A stretch of 64,000 nucleotides of DNA, from NCBI GenBank assembly GCA_963668315.1, contig OY764216.1:1152001-1216000 (forward strand), written 5' to 3'. Under the pieces are notes generated by a model that was not told the origin of the DNA, did no database searches, and saw nothing but the letters and a program-made list of their open reading frames with translations. The translations under genes and the position numbers were made by a program. Of the stretch, positions 30,559 to 40,571 are shown one piece after another. Origin of the DNA: Spirochaetia bacterium. Lineage in GTDB: Bacteria; Spirochaetota; Spirochaetia; DSM-2461. How positions within the stretch are numbered: the stretch's first letter is position 1; the number at the start of each line of letters is the position of its first letter.

Positions 30559-31370
30559 TATTTATCCTCCGTTGTATGTTTCATTTCGGGCCAGATTTTG
30601 ACATCCTTTTCCAGAAGCCATTCGTGGTCCTGTACAAAATAGCGTGTTGTCGGCAGCCAGCGGTCTTCGGGCAGGTGGGGGATCATCCAGATGTAGTACA
30701 TGGCATAGCCCGCACCGGCTACCTGCGAGTGGGTCTTTCCCGGGGGAATCAGACAGGTATCTCCATTCTTTACAAAGTAGGGGTCCTCGTTCAGAAGGGA
30801 GACGCCGAATCCCTGCTCGGGAAAGTGGCGGTAGTGGTAGATTTCCGGCTGAGGGTGATGATGGGGAGGGTAGCTGGACCATTTCCCCGGGTGGTTTATC
30901 ACTTCGCCCAGAACCATATTGGAATCGGGGGCGAGCTCTCCGTCGAATACGGTACGTACCGTTCTGATGGATGTCTCATTTAAAACCCCGCCGCCGAAGA
31001 TATCGCACCGGACATCCTCTTTTGTGTAGAGTTTAGGAGAAAATTCCACGGGGTTTTTCTTCTTCTCCACGCAGAGCTCCGTGTCTTCAATCGCTTTGAT
31101 GGTAACGGGAATATCCTTGGGGACATGGAGCGTAACGGGATTTTCCTCAAAACAGGACCATCTTTCGGCTACGGCCGTGTTTCCCCCCCAGGAAAATTCC
31201 ACTTTTCCCTTTATAATAAGCCAGGCTCTTTCCTTGCTTTCATGGCAGTTCCAGGTCTCTCCCTTTTTCAGGTTGAGAATACCGAAGTCAAGAAGCATAT
31301 GGGAATGGATTCCTTCCTCTTCGGTTATGACAGTATATCCGCTTTTCTTTATCTGATTCTTAATGATCAT
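30558..31370 (-). CDS. iolB: 5-deoxy-glucuronate isomerase
   Basis: GEV...[15 protein letters not shown] cupin motif; position directly upstream of iolD. Confidence 0.88.
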   Translation of the reverse strand: MIIKNQIKKSGYTVITEEEGIHSHMLLDFGILNLKKGETWNCHESKERAWLIIKGKVEFSWGGNTAVAERWSCFEENPVTLHVPKDIPVTIKAIEDTELCVEKKKNPVEFSPKLYTKEDVRCDIFGGGVLNETSIRTVRTVFDGELAPDSNMVLGEVINHPGKWSSYPPHHHPQPEIYHYRHFPEQGFGVSLLNEDPYFVKNGDTCLIPPGKTHSQVAGAGYAMYYIWMIPHLPEDRWLPTTRYFVQDHEWLLEKDVKIWPEMKHTTEDK

Positions 31371-31393
31371 GGATGCCTCCCTTATGAACGTTA

Positions 31394-31422
31394 ATTATAT
31401 TGTAGTATTGTCTGATAATCAA
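31394..31422 (-). promoter_or_regulatory. Promoter of iolBDE with ATCAGACA-type repeats in the spacer
   Basis: Minus strand reads TTGATT-atcagacaatactacaa(17)-TATAAT. Confidence 0.7.
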
Positions 31423-31449
31423 GTCTTATTTTTCCCAATCACTGGTCAA

Positions 31450-32472
31450 TCAGGTCGATTCCCGGGTTATCAGACGGGGAGGGATGCTTATCTTTGTCCT
31501 GGAAATGAGATTCCCCTTTTTTTTGTTATCAATCTGTTCCAGAAGACGATCACAGCAGAGACGGGCGAGTTCCTCCTTGGGCTGATGAACCGACGTCAGG
31601 CCGGGGTTGCTGTACCGGGCCAGTTCGCTATCATCATAACCGGCAATAGCCATATCACCGGGAATGGAAAATCCCTTGTCCTTCAGGGCTCTCATGGCGC
31701 CCAGGGCCATTAAGTCGTTGCAGCCGAAAAGGGCGTCGAACTGTCTCAGCTCATCCCCCATTCCGTTGATTGTCTCCTTGGCCGACTCAAAGGTGGAATC
31801 GCAGAATATTTTTTTTACGCTGCCACCCGCCTTTTTTACTATTTCGCAGAACCCCTGTTCACGCTGGCGGAATTCCAGGTGCTCCTGAATCATGGCCAAG
31901 AGTAGGAAATGCCTCCGTCCTCTCTCCAGAAAATGCCTGGCCACCTGCCGCCCTCCCTCGATGTGATCGGTGAATATGATCTCCTGATCCATGGTCGAAT
32001 CACAGGGAGGGTAGTGGAGAAAAACGGTCGGAATAGGATGGTCCCTCAGATAATCATGGCTTTCTTTGTCCAGTCCCTCCATGAGAATGATGAATCCGTC
32101 GACCTTGTTTCTGGATACCAGGCGGATGATGTTGTTGATTTTGCTGTGATTGCTGAGCTGGGTGAAGATAAGATCCATGTCCGCTTCTTCCAGCCGGCCC
32201 CTCAGGCTGTTGAGGAGCATGCCGTGATAAACATTGACGTTGACCAGATGGTAATTTTCAGGCAGGACGATAGCTACCGTTCCTACCTGACTGGTTATCA
32301 TGCTGCGGGCACCCGCGTTGAATTCAAAGCCCAGGTCACTGGCTATGCGGCTGATCTTCGTTCTTGTCTTCTCCGCCACCAGGGGGCTGTTGTTCAAGCT
32401 CCTGGAAACGGTGGCGAAGCTGACTCCGGCGATTTCCGCGATATCCTTAATTGTAACCTGGCTGCTCATCAT
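31450..32472 (-). CDS. LacI-family regulator
   Basis: TIKDIAEIAGVSFATVSRSLN HTH; GYDD and LTSVHQP. Confidence 0.93.
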   Translation of the reverse strand: MMSSQVTIKDIAEIAGVSFATVSRSLNNSPLVAEKTRTKISRIASDLGFEFNAGARSMITSQVGTVAIVLPENYHLVNVNVYHGMLLNSLRGRLEEADMDLIFTQLSNHSKINNIIRLVSRNKVDGFIILMEGLDKESHDYLRDHPIPTVFLHYPPCDSTMDQEIIFTDHIEGGRQVARHFLERGRRHFLLLAMIQEHLEFRQREQGFCEIVKKAGGSVKKIFCDSTFESAKETINGMGDELRQFDALFGCNDLMALGAMRALKDKGFSIPGDMAIAGYDDSELARYSNPGLTSVHQPKEELARLCCDRLLEQIDNKKKGNLISRTKISIPPRLITREST

Positions 32473-32482
32473 ATTTACCGGT

Positions 32483-33496
32483 CTAGAATGTCAGCTGCCT
32501 GCGGGATTCAAAGGATTCTTTGCACTTGTAGGCAATTTCCGAAACCCTGGTACCGTCATAGACGGAGACCCGGGGTTTCTTCCCGGTTAGAATACATGAC
32601 ACGAATTCCTGAATCTCGTTGACGTAGGACGTTTCGAAACGCTCCAGGAAATTCTCGCTGCACTCCCGCCGGACTCCGCCCGAATCCAGTATCTCCACCA
32701 GATTCTTCTGAGGCACCGACGCGATACGCAGGATCCCTTTGGTTCCGATGATTTCCGTCTCCACATTATAGCCGTGAGGCGCGGTTCTGCCGGCGAAAAG
32801 AAAGGCCATGGCATCATTGTCGAACTGCATGAGGCAGGAGACATTGTCGCCGTCGCCGTATTCCCCGAACTCCGGATGGGCGTAGCAGCCGCCCATGGCC
32901 GTTACCGACAGGGGTTCCGCCTTGAGAAACCAGCGGGCCAGATCTATATCATGGACCGCCATATCAAGAAACTGACCTCCCGAATGCCCCGCGAAAGCGA
33001 TGGCTCCGTCTATGAACTTTTCCGGGTCCTGGCTATAGGAGCGGAAGAGAATGGGTTTTCCTATCTCTCCCTTCTCCACTTTCTCGTGGGCATACATGTA
33101 GGACTCGTCGAAACGCCTCATGAACCCAAGCATAAAGACTTTATCCGGATGCGCTTCCACGGCTTTTTCCGCCTGCCGGCACTCTTCCACCGTCACGCCC
33201 AGGGGTTTTTCGGAGAAGACATGCTTCCCCGCAGCCAGGGCGGCGGCGATTTGCTTCGTGTGCAGTCCCGAGGGAGAGACAAGGCAGACGGCGTCAAGCT
33301 CATCAAGTTTCAGCATCTCTTCAAAGCTTGAGAAGCGGTGGGGAACACCCAGCCTGTCCGCCGTCTCGTTCAGAAGGCTTTCGTTAAGATCGCAGAGGGC
33401 AAAAAGCTCGGCGTTCATAATCTTTGTGGCGATGTTTTCGGCATGGGCCAGCCCAAGCCGTCCCAGACCGACAGAGCCGATTCTGATCTTATCCAT
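32483..33496 (-). CDS. iolG: Inositol 2-dehydrogenase-like Gfo/Idh/MocA oxidoreductase
   Basis: GLGRLG, EKP, GFMRRFD and DMAVHDID; iol context. Confidence 0.8.
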   Translation of the reverse strand: MDKIRIGSVGLGRLGLAHAENIATKIMNAELFALCDLNESLLNETADRLGVPHRFSSFEEMLKLDELDAVCLVSPSGLHTKQIAAALAAGKHVFSEKPLGVTVEECRQAEKAVEAHPDKVFMLGFMRRFDESYMYAHEKVEKGEIGKPILFRSYSQDPEKFIDGAIAFAGHSGGQFLDMAVHDIDLARWFLKAEPLSVTAMGGCYAHPEFGEYGDGDNVSCLMQFDNDAMAFLFAGRTAPHGYNVETEIIGTKGILRIASVPQKNLVEILDSGGVRRECSENFLERFETSYVNEIQEFVSCILTGKKPRVSVYDGTRVSEIAYKCKESFESRRQLTF

Positions 33497-33507
33497 TGCG
33501 GGCCGCC

Positions 33508-34527
33508 TTAGTCTTTCTTGGCGTTCTTGCGCATATCGATGATAACGGCCACCACAATGATCACACCTTCGGTAACCTGCTGCCAGTAGGCGTCTACCCC
33601 AAGGAGGGTTAAGCCGTTTCTCATGACCGAGAGGACCAGAGCTCCGACGAAAGCGCCCCAGATGGTTCCGATACCGCCGGAGTGGCTTGTTCCGCCGATG
33701 GTAGTAGCGGCGATGGCGGTAAGTTCATAACCCGTGGCGGCACCGGGGTGAACCGAACCGACGCGGCCGGCGAAGACAACGGCGGCCAGACCGGCTAGAA
33801 GACCGGAATAGGCATAAATGGCGATCAGGTTGCGGCTTACATTAACGCCGGATACCTCGGCTGCCTTGATATTGCCGCCGATGGCGTAGACGCTTTTCCC
33901 GAACCGCGTCATATCCAGGAGGACATAACTGACTCCAATCATCACAAAGTAGATGACGACGGGAATGGGGAGGAAGCCGAACAGTTTGCCGCCCAGGGCC
34001 GTCATGGAGGGGATGAGCGTACTGACCGGTTTCCCGTCGGAGTAGATCAGGGCAAGACCGCGGGCCACGGTCATCATACCCAGGGTGGATATGAACGCGG
34101 GGATGTGTGTCTTGGCTATCAGGGCGCCGGATACGGCTCCGCAGAGGGCTCCTACCGCCAGGGCGGCCAGAATCGGTACGATCACGGGCATCTCCGCCAG
34201 GTTGGGGAAATATTTGCCCGTTGCATCGGCCGTCTGGGCCAGAGAGGCCGCGATAACGCCGGAAAAGGCCAGGACCGAACCGACGGAGAGGTCGATTCCC
34301 TTGGAAATGATGACGAAAGTCAGTCCCAGGGCCATAATCCCGAAAATAGACGACTGGGTCAGTACATTGAAAATGTTGGAACGGCTCAGAAAGGCCGGCT
34401 CCATGATGCTTATGCCGATTATCATTATCAGCAGGACGAATACGATTCCGTATTTCTGAAGGATCATTTTCGCCTTCCGGTTCTTATCCGCAAGGGCTTC
34501 CTTGTTATTAATGGCAGCTGTAGACAT
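33508..34527 (-). CDS. Sugar (inositol) ABC transporter permease
   Basis: GIDLSVGS, YAIGGN and YEL.AIAA..IGGTS..GG.G (RbsC/MglC type). Confidence 0.92.
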   Translation of the reverse strand: MSTAAINNKEALADKNRKAKMILQKYGIVFVLLIMIIGISIMEPAFLSRSNIFNVLTQSSIFGIMALGLTFVIISKGIDLSVGSVLAFSGVIAASLAQTADATGKYFPNLAEMPVIVPILAALAVGALCGAVSGALIAKTHIPAFISTLGMMTVARGLALIYSDGKPVSTLIPSMTALGGKLFGFLPIPVVIYFVMIGVSYVLLDMTRFGKSVYAIGGNIKAAEVSGVNVSRNLIAIYAYSGLLAGLAAVVFAGRVGSVHPGAATGYELTAIAATTIGGTSHSGGIGTIWGAFVGALVLSVMRNGLTLLGVDAYWQQVTEGVIIVVAVIIDMRKNAKKD

Positions 34528-34530
34528 CTC

Positions 34531-36048
34531 TTAGTTCTCCTTTTCTACGGATTTACCAGTGGCGTAGGACATTAATTCTTCCTGGGTGAGATCGGGTCTG
34601 TTCTCTACGATACCCGTTACCCGGCCTTCGTGCATAATCATGATTCTGTCGCTCATTCCCATGACTTCCGGCAGTTCCGAGGAGATCATCACAATGGATT
34701 TTCCCTCTCCGGCGAGTCTGGTGATAAGCCGGTGGATTTCCGATTTGGCTCCCACATCGATTCCTCTGGTCGGCTCGTCAAGAAACAGAATATCCGGATT
34801 GGTCAGAAGCCACCGGGCGACCAGTACTTTCTGCTGGTTTCCGCCGGAAAGATTCTGGACTTTCTGCATCAGACTGGGGGTCTTCACCTGAATCTTGGTC
34901 ACGTAATCGTCGCAGTCCTTTTTGAGTATTTTGCTCTTGATCAGTCCCACCTTGTTCAGGTATTTGGGGATATTGGTAATAGCCATATTGAGCCTTACGG
35001 AAAGCATGGGGAAAATGCCCGACTGGCGCCTGTCTTCCGTCAGAAGGGCCATGTGCCTGGATATGGCGTCCCGGGGGCTCTTTATCTGCACTTCCTTACC
35101 GTCGATCAGGATCTCTCCGGAAACCTTGGGGCGGATACCGAAAATCGTTTCGATGACCTCCGTTCTCCCCGATCCGATAAGTCCTGCCACGCCGAGGATT
35201 TCTCCCTTTCTCACAGAGAAGGATACGTCCCTGAACAGGCGCTGATGGGTCAGATTCCGGACCTCCAGCTTGACTTCCCCGATCTCGCAGGGGACCTTGG
35301 GAAACATCTCATTTACATCCCTGCCCACCATCATGTTGATCAATTTGTCAACGCTCAGCTTATCCGTATCTTCCGAACCGATATAAGTTCCATCCCGGTA
35401 TACGGTGATCCGATCGGTGATCTCATAAACCTCATCGAGCTTATGGGAGATGTATATGATGCTTTTTCCCTGTTCCTTGAGCTTCCGCATGATGTTGAAA
35501 AGCTGTTTTACTTCTTTATCGGTCAATGCCGATGTAGGCTCGTCCATGATGATAAGTTTGGAATCATAGGACACGGCCTTGGCGATTTCTATCATCTGCA
35601 TCTTAGCCACAGTCAGGTCGGCCATTTCCGTTCTGGGGTCTTCGTTAAGATCGATTTCCTTGAGCACTTCGACGCTCATATCATACATTTTTTTATGATC
35701 GACAAATCCGAATTTGTTTACCGGTTCTCTTCCCAGCCATATGTTTTCCATGATGGGGCGATGAAGAACGGGGCTTAACTCCTGGTGTATCATGGAGATA
35801 CCCATGTTCAGGGCCTGGGAAGTATCATAACCCTCTCTAATTTCTCCATCATAGATTATCGTTCCCGATGTCTGACTGTGGACGCCGGCAAGACAGTTCA
35901 TCAGGGTTGACTTCCCTGCACCGTTCTCTCCCATTAGGGCGTGTATTTCTCCCGGGCGGACTTTAAGCTCAACCCCTTTGAGAGCCTTGACGCCTGGAAA
36001 ATTCTTTACGATGTCCTGCATCTGCAGGATATAGTTTTCCTCTGCCAT
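34531..36048 (-). CDS. Sugar ABC transporter ATP-binding protein
   Basis: GENGAGKST, LSGGNQQK and DEPTRGIDVGAK (RbsA/MglA type). Confidence 0.94.
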   Translation of the reverse strand: MAEENYILQMQDIVKNFPGVKALKGVELKVRPGEIHALMGENGAGKSTLMNCLAGVHSQTSGTIIYDGEIREGYDTSQALNMGISMIHQELSPVLHRPIMENIWLGREPVNKFGFVDHKKMYDMSVEVLKEIDLNEDPRTEMADLTVAKMQMIEIAKAVSYDSKLIIMDEPTSALTDKEVKQLFNIMRKLKEQGKSIIYISHKLDEVYEITDRITVYRDGTYIGSEDTDKLSVDKLINMMVGRDVNEMFPKVPCEIGEVKLEVRNLTHQRLFRDVSFSVRKGEILGVAGLIGSGRTEVIETIFGIRPKVSGEILIDGKEVQIKSPRDAISRHMALLTEDRRQSGIFPMLSVRLNMAITNIPKYLNKVGLIKSKILKKDCDDYVTKIQVKTPSLMQKVQNLSGGNQQKVLVARWLLTNPDILFLDEPTRGIDVGAKSEIHRLITRLAGEGKSIVMISSELPEVMGMSDRIMIMHEGRVTGIVENRPDLTQEELMSYATGKSVEKEN

Positions 36049-36151
36049 ATTTACTCCGATTGGAGGGAAGGAGAGATTTCCCCTTCCCTGTACGAACTCC
36101 GCCCAGGATATTCCCGCCCTTTTCAGGCAGGGCAGGGCGGATGGTTATTGA

Positions 36152-37099
36152 TTACATGAAGTCTGCGAGATTTTCAGGTGTGATAAGAACGAAGGGAACC
36201 CATACGAGGGGAACAACTTCCTGACCCTGAAGAACCTTGTGGATAAGTTCGGCTGAACCTTTTCCCTGTCCCACAGCATCCTGCAGAACGGTGGCGGCAA
36301 GGGAACCGTTACCTACGGCTTCCTTGGCATCGGGAATGGCATCGACACCCATGACGGGAACGTCTTCACGACCGGCGGCTTTCAGGGCTTCTACGGCACC
36401 AAGGGCCATTTCGTCATTGTTGGCGCAGATACCTTTCAGATCATCGCCGTAAGCGGTAATCCAGTTTTCAGTGATGGTCATACCCTGGTCTCTCTGCCAG
36501 TTAGCTGTCTCTTTGGCGAGGATTTTAATTCCGGGGAACTTGGCTTTGGCGGTAACTTCGTTTCCTTCGGTTCTCTTCAGAGCGCCTTCGTTATCGAGTT
36601 TTCCCATGAGGATTCCCACTCCGCCTTTTCCGCCGAGCAGTTCGCCCATGTACTCCATCTGCTGCGTACCGGCAATAATTTCCTGGGAACCGACATAGTA
36701 GACATTTTTGGGAAGATCTTTTTCGGCATAGGGATTTCTATTGACGAAACAGAGGGGAACGCCGGCTTCATCGGCCGCTCTGACAATGGGGCCCATGGCG
36801 CTGGTGTCAACGGGGACGACGATGAGAGCGTCCACTCTCTGAGCCAGAAGGGTATTTACCAGATCCTGCTGGCGGATAACGTCTTCCAGAGCATCCTGCA
36901 GTACGATTTCCACATTGTCCACGGTAGAGAAATACTCTTCCGCCGCATCCATTACGTAAGTCTGAAATGTATCGTTGAAATTATTACATACATAACCGAC
37001 TTTAAAGCTGTCCTTTGCTCCGTCACCATCTCCTGATCCGTTGGCGAAGAGTGCCGCTGCTGCTAGCAGTGAGAATAGAACGAGCCATACCTTTTTCAT
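36152..37099 (-). CDS. Sugar (inositol) ABC transporter substrate-binding protein
   Basis: Signal peptide; VNR, ANNDEMALGA and ATVLQD (RbsB-like). Confidence 0.9.
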   Translation of the reverse strand: MKKVWLVLFSLLAAAALFANGSGDGDGAKDSFKVGYVCNNFNDTFQTYVMDAAEEYFSTVDNVEIVLQDALEDVIRQQDLVNTLLAQRVDALIVVPVDTSAMGPIVRAADEAGVPLCFVNRNPYAEKDLPKNVYYVGSQEIIAGTQQMEYMGELLGGKGGVGILMGKLDNEGALKRTEGNEVTAKAKFPGIKILAKETANWQRDQGMTITENWITAYGDDLKGICANNDEMALGAVEALKAAGREDVPVMGVDAIPDAKEAVGNGSLAATVLQDAVGQGKGSAELIHKVLQGQEVVPLVWVPFVLITPENLADFM

Positions 37100-37133
37100 A
37101 AATTAACCTCCAATGATTCGTTTGCTCCTTGAA

Positions 37134-37155
37134 TTATTGCAAACGTTTTCAATAA
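37134..37155. promoter_or_regulatory. LacI-type operator upstream of the ABC-iolG operon
   Basis: TTATTGCAAACGTTTTCAATAA, 22-bp palindrome with one mismatched pair and central CG; weaker copy at 37339-37354; minus-strand TTGACA(37184-37189)-18-GATAAT just upstream. Confidence 0.72.
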
Positions 37156-37376
37156 AATTATTATCATCCCAGTTTTGTGATACTGTCAATGAGAAAGTTT
37201 ATAAAAAAGAAGCATAGTGGAATATAATGTTATATAGTAATGAAATGCGTAATTCTCAGTCTATCAGACAATAAGACAGAAAACGGCCTATTGTGTAAAA
37301 AAGACAATTGTTTAATATAGATAAAAAAAGATCGATTATTACAAACGTTTACATGCAATAATACTGTTTTAATTAT

Positions 37377-37423
37377 AAAAAAGAAACCGCACCGGAAAGT
37401 TGGATAAGGTCCGGTGCGGTTTC
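37377..37423 (-). terminator. Rho-independent terminator of the transaldolase-ALDH-carboxyltransferase operon
   Basis: 14-bp stem GAAACCGCACCGGA/TCCGGTGCGGTTTC followed by a T-run on the minus strand. Confidence 0.8.
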
Positions 37424-37598
37424 GGTGCGATTGAATTGTATCTGAATACCTTGAGCTACTTCTTCCTGCTGATCCAGAGAGAAGCATCGGCATAAATACC
37501 GGGAGTTTTGTCTACGGATGCATCGCGTGACTCGATTTCTCTTTTAAGGCGACTGCTTTTTCTGACCAGTCTTCGTTCTCTGCTTTTTCTCAAATTCA

Positions 37599-39194
37599 TC
37601 ATAATGGTATGTTCCCGTGTTTTTTGGCAGGTCTCTCCTCCTGCTTTTCCGCGATCATTTCCAGGGATCTGATCAATTCCTTCCGTGCCGCCTCCGGGGC
37701 GATCACATCATCCACGATGCCAAGGGAGGCTGAAGAGAAGGGATTCATGAATTTTCTCTGGTATTCATGCATCTTGATCTCTTTAATCAGGTTTGAGTCC
37801 TTGGCCGACTGTATTTCATTCCTGAATATGATATTCGCCGCTCCCGAAGCGCCCATTACGGCAATCTCCGCAATCGGCAGGGTCAGCACTCTGTCATAGC
37901 CCAGCGCCCTTGAAGCCATCCCAATATAGGCGCCTCCATAGGCTTTCCTCAGGACCAGGGCGATTTTGGGAACCGTGGCTTCCGCTATGGCGTAGAGGAG
38001 TTTGGCCCCGTGGCGAATAATGCCCCCGTGCTCCTGTTCCGTGCCCGGCATATATCCGGGTACATCCACAAGGGATATGACCGGAATGGAAAAGGCGTCG
38101 CAAAAGCGGATAAACCGGGCCGCCTTGTCGGAAGAGTCCTTATCCAGCGCTCCGGCGTATACCTTCGGCTGATTTCCAATGATGCCCACCGATCGACCCG
38201 CGAGCCGGGCAAATCCGACCACCATGCTGCGGGCGAAATCCCTGTGGACTTCCAGAAAGCTTTCCCTGTCAAAAAGGAGTGAAATGATCTCCCTTATGTC
38301 ATAGGATTTCGTGGACTCCCCGGGTATGATATTCAGAATATCTCCCGTTTCCCTGTTGGGATCGTCGGTGCATTCCACCCGGGGCGGCGCTTCCCTGTTG
38401 GAAGAGGGAAGATAGGAGAGCAGCCTGGTTACCGTGGCGAAGCACTCCTCCTCGCTGGCGCAGTGGAAATGAACGTTGCCGCTCAGGCTGCTGTGAGCCA
38501 TGGCTCCGCCCAGGTCCTCGTGGCTGACTTCTTCTCCCGTTACGGCCTTGATAACGTCCGGACCGGTAATGTACATATGGCTCGTTTTATCCACCATGAA
38601 GACAAAATCGGTCAGAGCAGGCGAATAAGCCGCTCCCCCGGCGCAGGGCCCCATAATCAGGCTGATCTGGGGAATGACACCGGAGGCAAGAATATTCCCC
38701 CGGAATATGTTCCCGTAACCTTCCAGGGACATGACTCCTTCCTGGATACGGGCCCCTCCCGAATCGTTTATCTGAATGAAGGGCCTGCCCGTTTTCAGCG
38801 CCATTTTCTGGGTGGACGCGATCTTGGAGGCATGCTGTTCGCCCAGGGACCCGCCCAGAACGGTAAAGTCCTGGGAGGAGAGCCAGATCTGGCGTCCGCC
38901 GAGTAGGGCACTGCCCGTGATTACCCCGTCTCCGGAAATCTTTTTGCTGTCCATTCCGAAGTCGTCGATACGGCTCATCTCGTAGGGATGATTTTCCACG
39001 AAACTGCCTTCGTCGGTGAGGAGCTGAATCCTCTCCCGGGCTGTGTGCTTTCCCTTTGAACGCTGTCTGGCCTGACGGTCCTCGCCGCCCCCGGCCAGCA
39101 TGGAAGAGCGCATCTTATCCAGAAGCTTAAGGCTCTCCCTGTGGCTATAGGGCAGTTCGGGCGTACTATCAGTTGCCTTTTCTAACTTGCTCAT
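37599..39194 (-). CDS. Acyl-CoA carboxyltransferase (PccB/MmdA-like)
   Basis: TARERI, QDFTVLGGS, DSGGARIQEG, GPCAGGAAYSP, DVPGYMPG, KAYGGAY and KKHGNIPL; start overlaps the ALDH 3' end. Confidence 0.92.
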   Translation of the reverse strand: MSKLEKATDSTPELPYSHRESLKLLDKMRSSMLAGGGEDRQARQRSKGKHTARERIQLLTDEGSFVENHPYEMSRIDDFGMDSKKISGDGVITGSALLGGRQIWLSSQDFTVLGGSLGEQHASKIASTQKMALKTGRPFIQINDSGGARIQEGVMSLEGYGNIFRGNILASGVIPQISLIMGPCAGGAAYSPALTDFVFMVDKTSHMYITGPDVIKAVTGEEVSHEDLGGAMAHSSLSGNVHFHCASEEECFATVTRLLSYLPSSNREAPPRVECTDDPNRETGDILNIIPGESTKSYDIREIISLLFDRESFLEVHRDFARSMVVGFARLAGRSVGIIGNQPKVYAGALDKDSSDKAARFIRFCDAFSIPVISLVDVPGYMPGTEQEHGGIIRHGAKLLYAIAEATVPKIALVLRKAYGGAYIGMASRALGYDRVLTLPIAEIAVMGASGAANIIFRNEIQSAKDSNLIKEIKMHEYQRKFMNPFSSASLGIVDDVIAPEAARKELIRSLEMIAEKQEERPAKKHGNIPL

Positions 39195-40551
39195 CGAATA
39201 ATTCCTCATCTGAGGGCTGCCGGCTGGCAATCGGGGAGGAGACCCAGGTCGTATTGAGCAGATGTTTCCAAGTAATATTTTCGCTGGCTATGTTACCGCC
39301 CCAGGTTCCGCAACCCAGAGTCAGAGTGGTGGGCATTCCGTTTGTCCAGGCACCGCTGTTAGCAAGGCACTGGGGCTGGTTGACCATGACCCGGGATACC
39401 TTGACCTGTTCTGCGACGGCCAGAATCCTTTCTTGCTTGCTGGTGTGGATACCGCAGGAGTGACCGGCTCCGGAATAAGCCGTAATATCGTTCACCAACT
39501 GAATGGCATCCTCGAATTTATTCCACTTGTAAAGCGTTGTCACCACGGAAAGCTTTTCTCCGGAGAAGGGATAGTCGGCGCCGGTTCCCGTCTCTTCCAC
39601 TGCCAGGAAACAGCAGCCTTCGGGGATCTCGATCCCGGCGATTCCGGCAATTTTGGCGGCAGGCTGGGCTACCACGTTTCTATTGAGAGTATGGCCGTCG
39701 GGCCACAGAGCCTTCTGGAGTTTTGCTTTCTCTTCGCTGCTGCAGACATAGCCGCCTTCCGCCGTGATAGCTTTGATGAAGTCGTCATAGATCACATCCT
39801 GGACAACGCAGGCGTTCTCAGCGGAACAGCTCGTCGCCTGGTCAAAGGTCTTGGATCTTCTGATTTTATCGGCTACCACAGCCATGTCCTGGGTGTCGTC
39901 CACGATGGTGACGGCATTTCCCGCTCCTACGCCGTAGGCAGGGGTACCGCTGGAGTAGGCCGCCTTAACGAGACCGCCGCCTCCCGTCGCCAGGATCAGA
40001 TCGCACTGCTCCATGACCGCCTGGGAGTTTTCCATGGAAACTTCGTCCACGCTGATAACGAGATCGGCGGGGAAACCGGCTTTTTCAATCACCCCGCGGA
40101 TCTTATCCACGACGAGCTTGTTGGTCTTTTTGGTGCGGGGATGGGGGCACATGATAATCGCGTTTCTGGTTTTCAGGGCATTCATGGCCTTGAGAACGGG
40201 AGTCGCTTCGCAGTTGGTACAGGGAATAAGGGCTCCGATGACGCCGATGGGCTTGGCTATTTTGATAAGGCCGAGGGCTTCGTTTTCTTCGATAATACCC
40301 ACGGATTTCTGTCCTTTCATATCAAACCAGCCGCCTCTGACTTTATTCATCATTTTGGCGTATTTGCTGGGAACATCACCCATGTTGGATTCCTCTACGG
40401 CAAACTCGGCCAGGCTCTGGGCAAAATCTTCCTGAATGGCGGCCCAGGCAATCCTCTGGCAGAGATCGTCCACCTGTTCCTGGGTGGCAAACTCAATTTT
40501 CTTCTGAGCCTCTTTGGCTCTTTTCATTAATCCGCTAACATAATCTGACAT
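39169..40551 (-). CDS. CoA-acylating aldehyde dehydrogenase (SauS/SucD/AdhE-N type)
   Basis: P.TN..AT, ATGG.GLVKAAYSSG.PAYGVGAGN, catalytic SCSAEN, FSGEKLS, GHSCGIH and LTLGCGTWGGN. Confidence 0.9.
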   Translation of the reverse strand: MSDYVSGLMKRAKEAQKKIEFATQEQVDDLCQRIAWAAIQEDFAQSLAEFAVEESNMGDVPSKYAKMMNKVRGGWFDMKGQKSVGIIEENEALGLIKIAKPIGVIGALIPCTNCEATPVLKAMNALKTRNAIIMCPHPRTKKTNKLVVDKIRGVIEKAGFPADLVISVDEVSMENSQAVMEQCDLILATGGGGLVKAAYSSGTPAYGVGAGNAVTIVDDTQDMAVVADKIRRSKTFDQATSCSAENACVVQDVIYDDFIKAITAEGGYVCSSEEKAKLQKALWPDGHTLNRNVVAQPAAKIAGIAGIEIPEGCCFLAVEETGTGADYPFSGEKLSVVTTLYKWNKFEDAIQLVNDITAYSGAGHSCGIHTSKQERILAVAEQVKVSRVMVNQPQCLANSGAWTNGMPTTLTLGCGTWGGNIASENITWKHLLNTTWVSSPIASRQPSDEELFDEQVRKGN

Positions 40552-40571
40552 AGCTTCAATCTCCTCTTATC

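Noticed and set aside
36065..36140. Hairpins between the SBP and ATPase genes, and at 28585-28603, as ncRNAs
   Set aside because: Typical intra-operon mRNA-stabilising stems, too short to support an RNA gene call.
37230..37493. 87-aa minus-strand ORF
   Set aside because: It crosses the terminator and the AT-rich operator region, with no RBS or protein-like features.
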